From a bacterium (GTDB taxonomy: Bacteria > Patescibacteriota > Patescibacteriia > JACPHY01), in contig JAUSKM010000035.1 in the NCBI GenBank assembly GCA_030646955.1, positions 3,944-67,943 on the forward strand: 64,000 nt of DNA, written 5' to 3'. Positions 54,909-64,000 of the stretch are shown in pieces. Made by a program: the position numbers and the translations under genes. The first letter of the stretch is position 1; the number at the start of each line of letters is the position of its first letter. The notes under the pieces were generated by a model. It saw only the letters and a program-made list of their open reading frames with translations, was not told where the DNA came from and did not search any database.

Positions 54909-56012
54909 ATGCAGCGCGTCATTGATGCCTTCATCCCTCATGAGGGGAACGATTACCAGCCGCATGCGGTGCGGGGAAAGCGAGCGCGGCAATACGCCGG
55001 TGCGTTTGTGGCGATGAAACTGATTGTCGTGATTGCTATTCTGACGGCGCCATCATCGCTTTTCATGTCCGAACGGTCGTTTGCGGCGCTGGAAGCGGAC
55101 CTCATCGCGCGAACGAACGCGGAGCGCGTGGCGCACGGGCACGCCGCGGTTGCGCCGGATGTGCAGCTTGAGCAGGCCGCGACGTCGCGTGCGGTGGATC
55201 TGGGGACATTTGGGTATTTTAGTCACGTTGGGCCGAACGGGCAGGAGTTCCGTGATTTCCTTGCAGCGGCGCGGTACCCGTTTGCAGCGGCCGGCGAAAA
55301 TCTGGCAATGGGCTTTTCAGATGCGCAGGCAATCACCGAGGCGTGGATGGCGAGTCCGACGCACCGCGCAAACATCCTCGCTGATGACTACGTGGACATT
55401 GGCGTTGGTGCGGCACGTGGGACGTTTGGCGGGCGGCCGGTGGTGTATATCGCGCAGCACCTTGGGCGCCGGTCAGATACGGTTGCCGCGGCACCCGTGG
55501 CATCGTTTCTTGACCGCGAGCGTTCGGTTGCGGATTGGGCGGCGGTTCCTGGCGGTACGATGATTACCGTCACCGCATCTTCGCATGTTTTCGTGGAATC
55601 CATGACTGCGCAGGCATATGATGCGATGATCCCGCTGGTGGTGCGCGACGATGGTGCATATGTCGGGAGCGCGTTGCTCTCACGCTCGCCGAACGAACTG
55701 TTCCGCGTCCAGCTCCTTCCCGTCATTACTGCGCGCATTGGCGGGACGGAGCACATGGAGCCGGTTGCATGGAGCAGCGTGTACGTTCCACGGCAATCAC
55801 TGCGCGAACGGTTTGCGGCAGGGAGTTCCGCGCTTACGGCGGTGCGGCCGGAGCTCTTTCGTGCGGCGCGTATCGTGTTTGGTATCGGACTCATCGCGTT
55901 TGCGATTGTTCTCATTGCGAGCATCGTGACGCAGACACATCGGCGTCACCCGCACATCTTTGGGCGCGCCGCCGTGCTCGTCATCCTCCTTGCGTTTCTC
56001 ATTGCCCTGTAA
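54909..56012 (+). CDS. CAP/SCP-domain membrane protein
   Basis: TNAER, YFSH, AGENLA, AWMASPTHRANIL, IGVG; N- and C-terminal TMs. Confidence 0.9.
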   Translation: MQRVIDAFIPHEGNDYQPHAVRGKRARQYAGAFVAMKLIVVIAILTAPSSLFMSERSFAALEADLIARTNAERVAHGHAAVAPDVQLEQAATSRAVDLGTFGYFSHVGPNGQEFRDFLAAARYPFAAAGENLAMGFSDAQAITEAWMASPTHRANILADDYVDIGVGAARGTFGGRPVVYIAQHLGRRSDTVAAAPVASFLDRERSVADWAAVPGGTMITVTASSHVFVESMTAQAYDAMIPLVVRDDGAYVGSALLSRSPNELFRVQLLPVITARIGGTEHMEPVAWSSVYVPRQSLRERFAAGSSALTAVRPELFRAARIVFGIGLIAFAIVLIASIVTQTHRRHPHIFGRAAVLVILLAFLIAL

Positions 56013-56021
56013 TGCACTTGT

Positions 56022-57167
56022 ATGCGTCTACGCTCCCTGCTTCTCGTGTGTGCACTGCTGCTGGTGCCGTTGACACTCCATGCGGAGATGGGGTTTGTGC
56101 GCAGTAACATCTGGCTCTCCCGGACGGTGCTGGTGGAGGGCGATGCGGTGACGCTCTACGCGATTGTCGTGAACAGCGGCGATCAGCGCTTGGAAGGCGC
56201 GGCGCAGTTCCGCGATCTTTCGACGGGTGTCGCCATCGGGACGCCACTCACGTTTGGCCTCGACCCCAACGGCACGTCGTCCGTGCTTTCCGCGGTGTGG
56301 GTGGCGCAGCGGGGCGAGCATCGGTTCCAGGCGCAGATTGTGAACGCGGAGAGTGTGGATCGCTCCGGCGGGCGCACGCCGATTACGAGCGGGGTGCTCT
56401 CGGATACGACGGACATTGTTCGTGTTGCGGTGGATGCAGACGATGATGGCCTCACGGATGAACAGGAGGCGGATGCGGGGACCGATCCGGCGGATGCGGA
56501 TACGGACAATGATGGCCTGGAGGACGGCAATGACCCCGCACCCACAAACCCTGACGCAGACGGCGATGGCGATCAGGACGGGACCGACCCCGCACCAACC
56601 AATCCCGAGGTTCGCACGCCGCCCGATACGGATGGCGATGGCACGCCGGATGCGACGGATTCCGATGACGACAACGATGGACTCTACGATTTTGATGAAC
56701 AGCGACTGGGAACGGACCCCCTACGCGCGGACACGGACGGGGATGGCGTGCGCGACAAGCAGGACGCGTTCCCGTTGGATCCCAAGAAGCAGCAGGCAGA
56801 GGTGCAGCCGCAAGAAGAGCAAGCGATAGCGCCGGAGTTGGTGGCAGTGGAGGACGAATCCGATGCAGCCGTCACGACAGCGCTGGCGACAACTGGCGGA
56901 GAAGGAGGAGGGGCGGTGGGTGCGGGAACGGTTGACGCGGAGACCGGGGCACAACCCCCAACAGGCGCGGCGGTCGCCGGCGAGCGGATTGTAGGCGAGG
57001 ACGGGGAGGTGCTGGGACAGCGCGTGGAGGATCCGTCCGTCCTGCGGTTTACGGCGCGCAATGGATGGGGGGGCGCCGTCATTGCGGCGTTGGGCGGAGC
57101 ACTTTTCCTCGGATTGTTGCTCCTGCTCCTCCTTGCCCGCAGGCGGCGCGATGAGGACGAGGCATAA
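56022..57167 (+). CDS. Surface protein with Ig-like domain, TSP3-like calcium-binding repeats and C-terminal TM anchor
   Basis: Signal peptide; repeated DxDxDG (DADDDG, DTDNDG, DADGDG, DTDGDG, DDDNDG); DAFPLDP; hydrophobic tail followed by RRRR. Confidence 0.85.
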   Translation: MRLRSLLLVCALLLVPLTLHAEMGFVRSNIWLSRTVLVEGDAVTLYAIVVNSGDQRLEGAAQFRDLSTGVAIGTPLTFGLDPNGTSSVLSAVWVAQRGEHRFQAQIVNAESVDRSGGRTPITSGVLSDTTDIVRVAVDADDDGLTDEQEADAGTDPADADTDNDGLEDGNDPAPTNPDADGDGDQDGTDPAPTNPEVRTPPDTDGDGTPDATDSDDDNDGLYDFDEQRLGTDPLRADTDGDGVRDKQDAFPLDPKKQQAEVQPQEEQAIAPELVAVEDESDAAVTTALATTGGEGGGAVGAGTVDAETGAQPPTGAAVAGERIVGEDGEVLGQRVEDPSVLRFTARNGWGGAVIAALGGALFLGLLLLLLLARRRRDEDEA

Positions 57168-57262
57168 CGTAACGAAATGCGCCCCACCAGAAAGGCGGGG
57201 CGCTGGTTGTCTATAGTCCGACGGTGCTACACTTGGAGGGGAGAGGTACCGTTATTGATGCT

Positions 57263-57709
57263 ATGCAAATCACCACCAACCTTCAACAATTCAACCACGC
57301 GCCGGCATTGTTCATTGTGTGCGGGACGCAGGAGGCAAAAATCTACGATGCCTGCGATGGCGTCATTGAGGAGCTGGACGAGTTTCGTATCCCCAAGCCC
57401 GGATTTACGGATCATGAGGGTTTCTCTGCGAGCGGACATGGCGCGGAGTACACATCTGGCGCGGGAGATGAGATCGATCAAGAACAGCGCCGTAAGGAGT
57501 TTGTGAAGGCGCTCGTGGAGCATCTCAAGGAAGTGGCGACACGCCGCCCGTATGAGCTGGTCTACCTTTTTGTCCCCCAGCACGTCCATCGTGCAGTGCG
57601 CGATGCCGTTCCGCACGCGCTCCAGCCAAAAATCGCCAAAGAGATCCACGGCAACCACTGCGAGGCTCACCCCCACGAGCTCATCCGGATGGTGATGCCG
57701 GAGGCGTAA
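57263..57709 (+). CDS. Host-attachment / baeRF-like family protein
   Basis: About 150 aa; LFIVCG..EAKIY, FVKALVEHL, LVYLFVP, KEIHGN pattern. Confidence 0.55.
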   Translation: MQITTNLQQFNHAPALFIVCGTQEAKIYDACDGVIEELDEFRIPKPGFTDHEGFSASGHGAEYTSGAGDEIDQEQRRKEFVKALVEHLKEVATRRPYELVYLFVPQHVHRAVRDAVPHALQPKIAKEIHGNHCEAHPHELIRMVMPEA

Positions 57710-57712
57710 CCT

Positions 57713-59062
57713 ATGCCACACAAGTACGCGCATTTGGTTGCGGTGAACATGGGGTACGGCCATGAGCGGCCGGCGTATGCGTTGCGGGAGCTGTCCGGCG
57801 GGGAGATTATCGTGGCGAATGACTACCCAGGGATTCCGGCGGAGGATCGCGCATTGTGGGAGCAAGGGCGGAAGTACTACGAGACCGTGTCGCGGCTACA
57901 GCCAATGCCGGTGATTGGAAAGACGCTCTTCCACGCGCTGGTGGATCATCAGCAGGAGATCGCTCCGTTCTATCCGCGGCGGGACTTGTCGGACGTGTCG
58001 TTCCAGCTCAAGCTCATCCGCCATGCGATTGTCGCGCGTAATCAGGGCCGACACCTCATCGAGATGCTGGAGCGGGAGAATGAGCACCACGCGCGTCCGC
58101 TCCCGTTCGTGACCACGTTTTTTGCGCCCGCGTTCATGGCGGAGGAGTTTGGGTACTCGGGCGAGATTTACTGCCTCGCGACGGATGCGGACATCGCGCG
58201 CGTGTGGGCGCACTGGAACCCCAAGAAGAGCCGCATCAAGTACTTTGCGCCCAACGGACGGTGCGTGGAGCGGTTGGTGCTCTACGGCGTACCGCGCGGG
58301 AACATCTACCTGACGGGGTTTGCATTACCCAAGGAGCTGGTGGGTGGCGAGGCGTCGCGTGCATTGAAACACGACCTGGGTGTGCGCATGGCGAACCTGG
58401 ACCCCAACGGGTACTACCGGCATCGCCACGGCGCCACGCTGGCGCGGCATCTTGGTCCGCACTTCCACGAGCAGCAGACACGTCCCATCACTATCGCGTT
58501 CGCGGTGGGCGGAGCAGGTGCGCAGAAGCGTGCGGCCGTCCAGCTTTTGACATCGCTCCACCGCCGCATCAAACGGAAGGAGCTGCGGCTCCTGCTCATC
58601 GCCGGTACCCGCCGCGAGGTTGCACAGTTCTTTGAGAAAGAAATTGTGGCCCAGCGCATGCACCGCGAGGCAAAGCGTGGCGCGGTCAGCATCCTCTACC
58701 GGCAATCGCGGCGCGAGTACTTCGAGGCGTTCACGGATGCGATGCGCGTCACGGACGTGCTCTGGACCAAGCCCTCTGAGCTTTCCTTCTACACCGGCGT
58801 TGGCATCCCCATCATCATGACGGATCCCATCGGCTCGCAGGAGGTCTTCAACCGGCAGTGGCTCCAGCAGATCGGGGGCGGCATTGACCAGCTGGACCCC
58901 GCGCACGCGGACGAGTGGCTCTGGGACTGGGTGCAATCCGGCGCGCTCGCGCGTATGGCCTGGAACGGCTACATCGAAGCGCCGACGCATGGCACCTACC
59001 GCATCGAATCCATCGTACGCGGCAAACCAACGCAACTCGAGCCGCATCCGTTGGTGGTGTAG
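57713..59062 (+). CDS. Glycosyltransferase-like (GT-B) conserved protein
   Basis: VNMGYGHERPA, TDADIAR.W, TGF.LP, AVGGAGAQ, DVLWTKPSELSFY, PIGSQE..N. Confidence 0.75.
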   Translation: MPHKYAHLVAVNMGYGHERPAYALRELSGGEIIVANDYPGIPAEDRALWEQGRKYYETVSRLQPMPVIGKTLFHALVDHQQEIAPFYPRRDLSDVSFQLKLIRHAIVARNQGRHLIEMLERENEHHARPLPFVTTFFAPAFMAEEFGYSGEIYCLATDADIARVWAHWNPKKSRIKYFAPNGRCVERLVLYGVPRGNIYLTGFALPKELVGGEASRALKHDLGVRMANLDPNGYYRHRHGATLARHLGPHFHEQQTRPITIAFAVGGAGAQKRAAVQLLTSLHRRIKRKELRLLLIAGTRREVAQFFEKEIVAQRMHREAKRGAVSILYRQSRREYFEAFTDAMRVTDVLWTKPSELSFYTGVGIPIIMTDPIGSQEVFNRQWLQQIGGGIDQLDPAHADEWLWDWVQSGALARMAWNGYIEAPTHGTYRIESIVRGKPTQLEPHPLVV

Positions 59063-59155
59063 CGGGCCGCTCACTCATACGTACGATCGTTGCGGTAGTA
59101 TGTTGCCCGCTGCCAGTAGCGAGTATCTCGTAGCTAGGAGCTCGTTTTTTCCCCT

Positions 59156-60052
59156 ATGCCTCCCTGGCTTGGTATCGTCATCGGTGCCCATGCGCTGAAC
59201 GCGGTGGCGTTTTTGGTGGACAAGTACCTCCTGGCAAAAGCGGTGCCGCGGCCGGCGGTGTACGCGTTCTATGTGGGCGCGTTGGGGTCGTTGGGCATCC
59301 TGCTGCTTCCATTTGATTGGCAGCTCCCGTCCGGGTGGCTCTGGGTGCTGGATGGGGCGGCGGGCGCCACGTTCGTGGTGGCGCTCCTCTTGTTCTTCAC
59401 CGCGCTTAAACGCGGTGAAGCGTCCCGCGTCGTCTCGTACATTGGTGGCACGATTCCCATTTGGACGCTCCTCCTTGCGTACATGTTTCTGGGTGAGCGA
59501 TTGGGTCAGCGGGAGCTGATTGCGTTCATGCTGCTGGTTGCGGGGTCGGCGCTCATTGCGCGCGAGGGCAGTGGCGGTGCGGCGCACCGACGCCATGCGT
59601 ACGCGGCGGCATCACTAGCGGCGATTGCGTTCGCCGTCTCCACGGTGCTCATGAAACTGGTATTCCTTCACCAGTCCTTCCTATCAGGATTTGCATGGAC
59701 GCGTGCGGGTGCTGCGCTCGCCGCGCTCGCGATTCTGCTGCACGCGCCCAGCCGCCGCGCCATCGTGACACCGGAGCGCCGGCCGCGCGGTGCATCGGCG
59801 GGATTATTCTTTGGCGGGCAGGTGGCGGGGGCGTTGGGGTTCCTCACCATCCAGTACGCCATCAGCATTGCATCGCCAACGCTGGTGAACGCGCTGCAGG
59901 GCGTGCAGTACGCGATCCTCTTCTTCCTCGCAGTGCTCCTCGGCGCGCGGATTCCGCAGCTTCGCGAGCGACTTGCGCCTCGCATTGTCGCGCAGAAGGC
60001 GGCGGCCATCGCGCTCATCGGTGTCGGCCTCATTATGCTCGCTGCCGTATGA
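59156..60052 (+). CDS. EamA/DMT-family transporter
   Basis: Two 5-TM repeats; VDKYLL, GEASRV, FLGERL, LVNALQGVQY. Confidence 0.85.
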   Translation: MPPWLGIVIGAHALNAVAFLVDKYLLAKAVPRPAVYAFYVGALGSLGILLLPFDWQLPSGWLWVLDGAAGATFVVALLLFFTALKRGEASRVVSYIGGTIPIWTLLLAYMFLGERLGQRELIAFMLLVAGSALIAREGSGGAAHRRHAYAAASLAAIAFAVSTVLMKLVFLHQSFLSGFAWTRAGAALAALAILLHAPSRRAIVTPERRPRGASAGLFFGGQVAGALGFLTIQYAISIASPTLVNALQGVQYAILFFLAVLLGARIPQLRERLAPRIVAQKAAAIALIGVGLIMLAAV

Positions 60053-61047
60053 CGCGCACACGTCGCCGCATTTTTCTTGGTGGGGCCGCTGCGTTTGGCG
60101 TGCTTGTCCTCACATACATTGCGCTCTTCCTCGTGCCGCCGGCACAGGGGACGGAGGTGATTGGCGTGCACTTTGCGCCGGCGCACGCGCAGTACCTTGG
60201 CCTCGATTGGCGCGCGGCATACCGTGCGCTCTTGGATGATCTCGGTGTGCGGCGACTGCGGCTCGCGGCGTATTGGCCAGAGGTGGAACCACACGATGGC
60301 GAGCTGAATTTTCGTGCGCTCGATTGGATGATGGACGAGGCAGCGGATCGCGGTGCAACCGTGGTGTTGGGCGTGGGCAGGCGCCTGCCGCGATGGCCGG
60401 AGTGCCACATTCCGGAGTGGGCGCGTGCGCTTCCGGACAGCGTGCAGCAGGAGCGGATCGAGCGCGTCATTACGGCTGCCGTTGAACGATACCGGTCGCA
60501 CCCTGCGCTGGGGATGTGGCAAGTTGAGAACGAGCCATTCCTGGCGGTATTCGGGGAGTGCCCGGCGCTGGATCGGGCATCGTTGCAGCGCGAAGTGGAC
60601 ATCGTTCGCGCTCTTGATCCTGGTCGCAACGTGCTCATTACGGATTCCGGCGAACTTTCGCTCTGGCGTCGCGCCTCGCGCGTTGGTGATCGGCTGGGAA
60701 CCACGATGTATCGCGTGGTGTGGTCGCCGGTTTTTGGATATGTAAGCTACGCGCCGTTCCTCCCGGCAGCGGGCTATCGGCTCAAGGCATTTTTGGTTGG
60801 CATGCCGCCGGAACGCATGGTGATTGCGGAGCTGCAAGCAGAGCCGTGGGTGCAAAACGGCGATATCGCGGGAACGCCCATCGCGGAGCATCGGCGCTCG
60901 ATGGATGCGGAGCGTCTGCGGAACAATGTTGCCTTCGCGCGGGCGACGGGATTCCATGAAGTGTACCTCTGGGGTGCAGAGTATTGGTACTGGCTGAAGG
61001 AGCAGGGCGATGCGTCGCTGTGGGATGCCGCACGTGAGGTATTTTGA
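60049..61047 (+). CDS. Membrane-anchored clan GH-A glycoside hydrolase-like protein
   Basis: RLAAYWPEVEP, PRWPECH.P.W, acid/base WQVENEP, TDSGE, nucleophile-like AELQAEPW, YLWGAEYW. Confidence 0.8.
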   Translation: MTRTRRRIFLGGAAAFGVLVLTYIALFLVPPAQGTEVIGVHFAPAHAQYLGLDWRAAYRALLDDLGVRRLRLAAYWPEVEPHDGELNFRALDWMMDEAADRGATVVLGVGRRLPRWPECHIPEWARALPDSVQQERIERVITAAVERYRSHPALGMWQVENEPFLAVFGECPALDRASLQREVDIVRALDPGRNVLITDSGELSLWRRASRVGDRLGTTMYRVVWSPVFGYVSYAPFLPAAGYRLKAFLVGMPPERMVIAELQAEPWVQNGDIAGTPIAEHRRSMDAERLRNNVAFARATGFHEVYLWGAEYWYWLKEQGDASLWDAAREVF

Positions 61048-61203
61048 TCCGTACGGCGCGTGGTTGGTTTCGCGCTCCATAGAGCGCATTTTTTTGTTCT
61101 CGGGGATCTATGGTATCCTCACTTGACAAACCGCGGCCGTTGCGGTACTTTTGGGATGTCCTTTTCCAATTGAATATTGGTTTTGTGCAGGGAGGATAGC
61201 GTC

Positions 61204-61788
61204 ATGGCTACGCAGGACTATTACGAGGTCCTGGGTGTGCCGCGCGACGCATCACCGGATGCGATCAAAGCGGCGTATCGCAGGATCGCGCGGGAAACGC
61301 ATCCGGATTTGCATCCGGATGACCTTGGTGCGCACGAGCAGTTCAAGCTTACTGCGGAAGCATTCGCGGTGCTCTCCGATCCGCGACGACGGCTGCGGTA
61401 CGATGATGTCCGCAAGCCGATCCGTGGCATCGCTGATCACCTCATCCGGCACGAGAGCGGCAGGCGCATCATTGAGGTGCTCCTCCCGTCCACGTCGGCT
61501 GCATCGCAGCGGGGCATGGATCTTGTGGTTCCGGTACCCGTGCCGTCGCACATACTCGTTGACGGCGGCATTGCCACGGTAGCGCTTCCGCAACGGTCGC
61601 GCTGCGCGGGCGAGGAGCGCGTGCTTCGCATTCCGCCTGCCGATCGCGGCGATGGCATCGCCATGGGGTGGTGGTGCCGACTGGTGGGAATGGGAACGCC
61701 AGGGCGTAATGGTGCGCCCGATGGGGACTGCTACGCATGGTGCGTTCCAGCGATAACCAACACGAAACGAAAGAGACGGGAGGGTTGA
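61204..61788 (+). CDS. Short DnaJ-domain protein (J domain plus reduced C-terminal fragment)
   Basis: DYYEVLGV, IKAAYR, HPD, AFAVLSDP..R.RYD; G.PGRNGAPDGDCY; TTGACA at 61123; GGGAGG SD. Confidence 0.85.
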   Translation: MATQDYYEVLGVPRDASPDAIKAAYRRIARETHPDLHPDDLGAHEQFKLTAEAFAVLSDPRRRLRYDDVRKPIRGIADHLIRHESGRRIIEVLLPSTSAASQRGMDLVVPVPVPSHILVDGGIATVALPQRSRCAGEERVLRIPPADRGDGIAMGWWCRLVGMGTPGRNGAPDGDCYAWCVPAITNTKRKRREG

Positions 61789-62399
61789 TGCACGTATTCG
61801 AACCGCACGAGCTGGTTGCCTCCTTCGGGGGCTACGTTCGCGGGGATGGTCTCGGTGGGCTCCACGATTCGCGCGATGATGTGTTGCGCCAGCTCGTAAC
61901 GATCGGCCCGGCGGCGATCATCGAGCACATGACGGACGCTCCGCACGACTTGGCCGCGCTGGCCACCTGCTGTGTGCGGGTGAACGACACGACGCCGCGG
62001 GATCTGGCGTTCGCCGCAGCATTCGCGCGGGCGGGTCACGGCAGGGAGATGCACCAGCGCCTCACGGCAGCTGCAACGCTCGGCGCGCTCCCGCTCATTG
62101 CGGAAGCAGGACACCCGTTCGGCCATGTGCTGCATGCGTTTCTGGAGACGCGGGAAGGCCGGCAGCTCTACCGATTCATCGTGCAGGCACTCGTGTGGGC
62201 GCGCGAGCACGGACGGACGACCAATCCGCCCATCGCTCCGTACCTCTTCGGGTATCCGTTCGGTGGTAGGGAGGAAGCGGCGGAGGACGCCGAGCAGGGT
62301 GGCGCGCGACCGTCGAGCGGGGTGATCCTGTTCGACGACGTGGATGAACCAACCGAAAACGCAGCCGGCGGGGAGCCGGCTGGGGAGGAGATGGAATGA
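61788..62399 (+). CDS. Hypothetical protein with acidic tail
   Basis: TGATG coupling; SD; 203 aa. Confidence 0.7.
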   Translation: MHVFEPHELVASFGGYVRGDGLGGLHDSRDDVLRQLVTIGPAAIIEHMTDAPHDLAALATCCVRVNDTTPRDLAFAAAFARAGHGREMHQRLTAAATLGALPLIAEAGHPFGHVLHAFLETREGRQLYRFIVQALVWAREHGRTTNPPIAPYLFGYPFGGREEAAEDAEQGGARPSSGVILFDDVDEPTENAAGGEPAGEEME

Positions 62400-63418
62400 G
62401 CCAGAACGACGTGGATCAGATCAGGGTCACGGCGCTCGTGCAGCGCATCGGAGGCGATGCGGACGACGAGATCGCGGAGGTGCTGCGGCCGCTGCTGGAC
62501 AAGAAAGCACATCACGCCGAGCTTTTGCTCGCGCTGCGTCAGGATCCGGAGCGGGCGATCGCCCGTCTGGAGACCCTCGGCGAGGCGCACGGATTCTCGA
62601 GGCGCAACGCGGCGGATGTGCTGGATATCGTCGTGGAGCACACCGATGCCGAGCGTGCTGCCCGCGCGATGCGCGAGCAGTTGACGCCGGATCGGGTCTC
62701 CGAGCTTCTCGGCGCGCGCGGTGATCTGGCGTCCAGCGCGGCGCTCATCGCCGATGCGGACGTGGTGCTGGACGCGCTGCTCGCGGACGTGCAGGCCACG
62801 TTGCCGGATCCGTCGTTGTGGTCGCGCGGCTTGTCCGGAGCAGACCCGCTCATGGTAGATACGGCACGCGACGATGATGCCGAGGAAGAAGAGGTCGAGG
62901 ACGACGCCGACGATGGCGACTCGGCATCCGACGCACCCGTTGCAGACGGGGACAACGAGGTGGACGCTGCGGTGCTCGCTACCGCGTGCGCGGTGGTGCT
63001 TGCGTGGGCGATGAAGCTGAAGGGCCGGGCGGACTGGGATAGGTTCCTCGGGATGCGCGCGCTGGCCGGCCTCACGTTCGGCGAGCTCGTGTACGTCGCG
63101 TGCGTGCGGGTAGTTCGTGCGTCCCGGAGCGGCGCTGCGGACGGAGAGGCGGAGGAGCTCTCGGATCTCCTCGGAGGAGAGTCCATCATGGACAGCTCCG
63201 TACACGCGAGCGCGCTTTTCGACGAGGTCGGCTTGAGCAACGAGATCTGCCAAGCCATCAGCGAGCGGTTCGGCGGACAGATGCCGACGCTCGATGCGGA
63301 GGAGTTCGAGGCAGCCCGTGCGCGTCTGGCGAAGCGCCGGAAGTGGCTGGAGCGCGAGGACGGTTCCCACCAGGTTCGCGCAGCGACGGACAAGGCCGCG
63401 CGCGAGCTGGATCTGTGA
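62396..63418 (+). CDS. Hypothetical acidic alpha-helical protein
   Basis: ATGA coupling; SD; 340 aa with a D/E-rich loop. Confidence 0.75.
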   Translation: MSQNDVDQIRVTALVQRIGGDADDEIAEVLRPLLDKKAHHAELLLALRQDPERAIARLETLGEAHGFSRRNAADVLDIVVEHTDAERAARAMREQLTPDRVSELLGARGDLASSAALIADADVVLDALLADVQATLPDPSLWSRGLSGADPLMVDTARDDDAEEEEVEDDADDGDSASDAPVADGDNEVDAAVLATACAVVLAWAMKLKGRADWDRFLGMRALAGLTFGELVYVACVRVVRASRSGAADGEAEELSDLLGGESIMDSSVHASALFDEVGLSNEICQAISERFGGQMPTLDAEEFEAARARLAKRRKWLEREDGSHQVRAATDKAARELDL

Positions 63419-63492
63419 TCATGACGCCCGGCGGCACGATGGGGGAGTGTTCCCTGTCTGCCGTCGGGCGTTTTCACTCCGGGAGGTACGCA

Positions 63493-63999
63493 ATGACAAC
63501 GGCACTGGAACATGTTGCAGAGTGCGATGTGCTCTTGGATGGATCACGACCGCCGTACACGAGATTCTTGGAGGCACTCCGGCGGCGACAGGCGGCCGCA
63601 CGCCCCGGCGACATCGGCACGGTGTGGTCCGGCATTCCCGTGGACAGCGTGGTCGCGGCGGGCATGTCCATCCTGGTCACGCGGTTCGCGAAGGACGCTG
63701 GGGCGCATCTGCGAACGACGCATGACGTGGAGCGCGCCGCCACTCGCGTAGAGGCGATGGTGAACCTCGGGTTGCTGCTCCTTGACGCAACGCCGGTGTC
63801 CGCGGTAGTCCAGTTCGAGCGCGAGGTGCTCCTTCCGGCACTCCAGCGTGCGCAGGATGGCGCGATGGATGGGCAGACGTTCATCGAGTACTGGCAGGTT
63901 CCTGTCGCGCAGTTCTTTGCGGACATCATCAAGCGGACGCGTGAACGGGTCGTAACGCTGCACGCGCGTCTCGTGCGGTACCATCGCGCGAATGCGTTT
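63493..63999 (+). CDS. Hypothetical protein, runs off the window end
   Basis: GGGAGG-N6-ATG; frame MTTALEHVAEC... open to the last base (absent from the ORF track because it has no stop). Confidence 0.7.
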   Translation, partial: MTTALEHVAECDVLLDGSRPPYTRFLEALRRRQAAARPGDIGTVWSGIPVDSVVAAGMSILVTRFAKDAGAHLRTTHDVERAATRVEAMVNLGLLLLDATPVSAVVQFEREVLLPALQRAQDGAMDGQTFIEYWQVPVAQFFADIIKRTRERVVTLHARLVRYHRANAF

Positions 64000-64000
64000 C

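Noticed and set aside
56440-56780. DNA-level tandem repeat in the surface protein gene
   Set aside because: Fully explained by DxDxDG peptide repeats with variable synonymous codons.

Overview
A GC-rich bacterial chromosomal segment, almost entirely + strand. Gene content and style (gatCA without adjacent gatB, RpoD with a K/A/P-rich N-terminal extension, mostly SD-less starts, many conserved hypotheticals) suggest Patescibacteria/CPR; this is an inference. Housekeeping genes: ligA (3' end), gatC, gatA, lgt, trxB, gpsA, dnaG, rpoD, queA, lexA, a Pif1/RecD-like helicase with a WYL domain, recQ, msrA, msrB, mraZ-rsmH-ftsL-like, a DEAD-box helicase, tRNA-Ser(GGA) and tRNA-Asn(GTT). There are also thiol-redox and envelope genes (DsbA, Trx+VKOR, DsbD, class A PBP, two M23 peptidases) and several orphan genes. 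No CRISPR array, integrase, transposase or phage structural gene was recognised. Main oddities: (1) an in-frame TAA in region 2.3 of rpoD; (2) a TTCGG-N6-TTCGG repeat in the lexA promoter that recurs upstream of mraZ; (3) a probable type III restriction-modification deletion scar; (4) palindromic repeats inserted in frame into genes, clearest in rsmH; (5) an unassigned ~190-nt structured RNA with its own promoter and terminator; (6) two translation-start classes, SD-less T-ATG core genes versus GGAGG-led orphan or divergent-paralogue genes, including a J-domain-led operon. All calls come from reading motifs by eye; no database searches were run.
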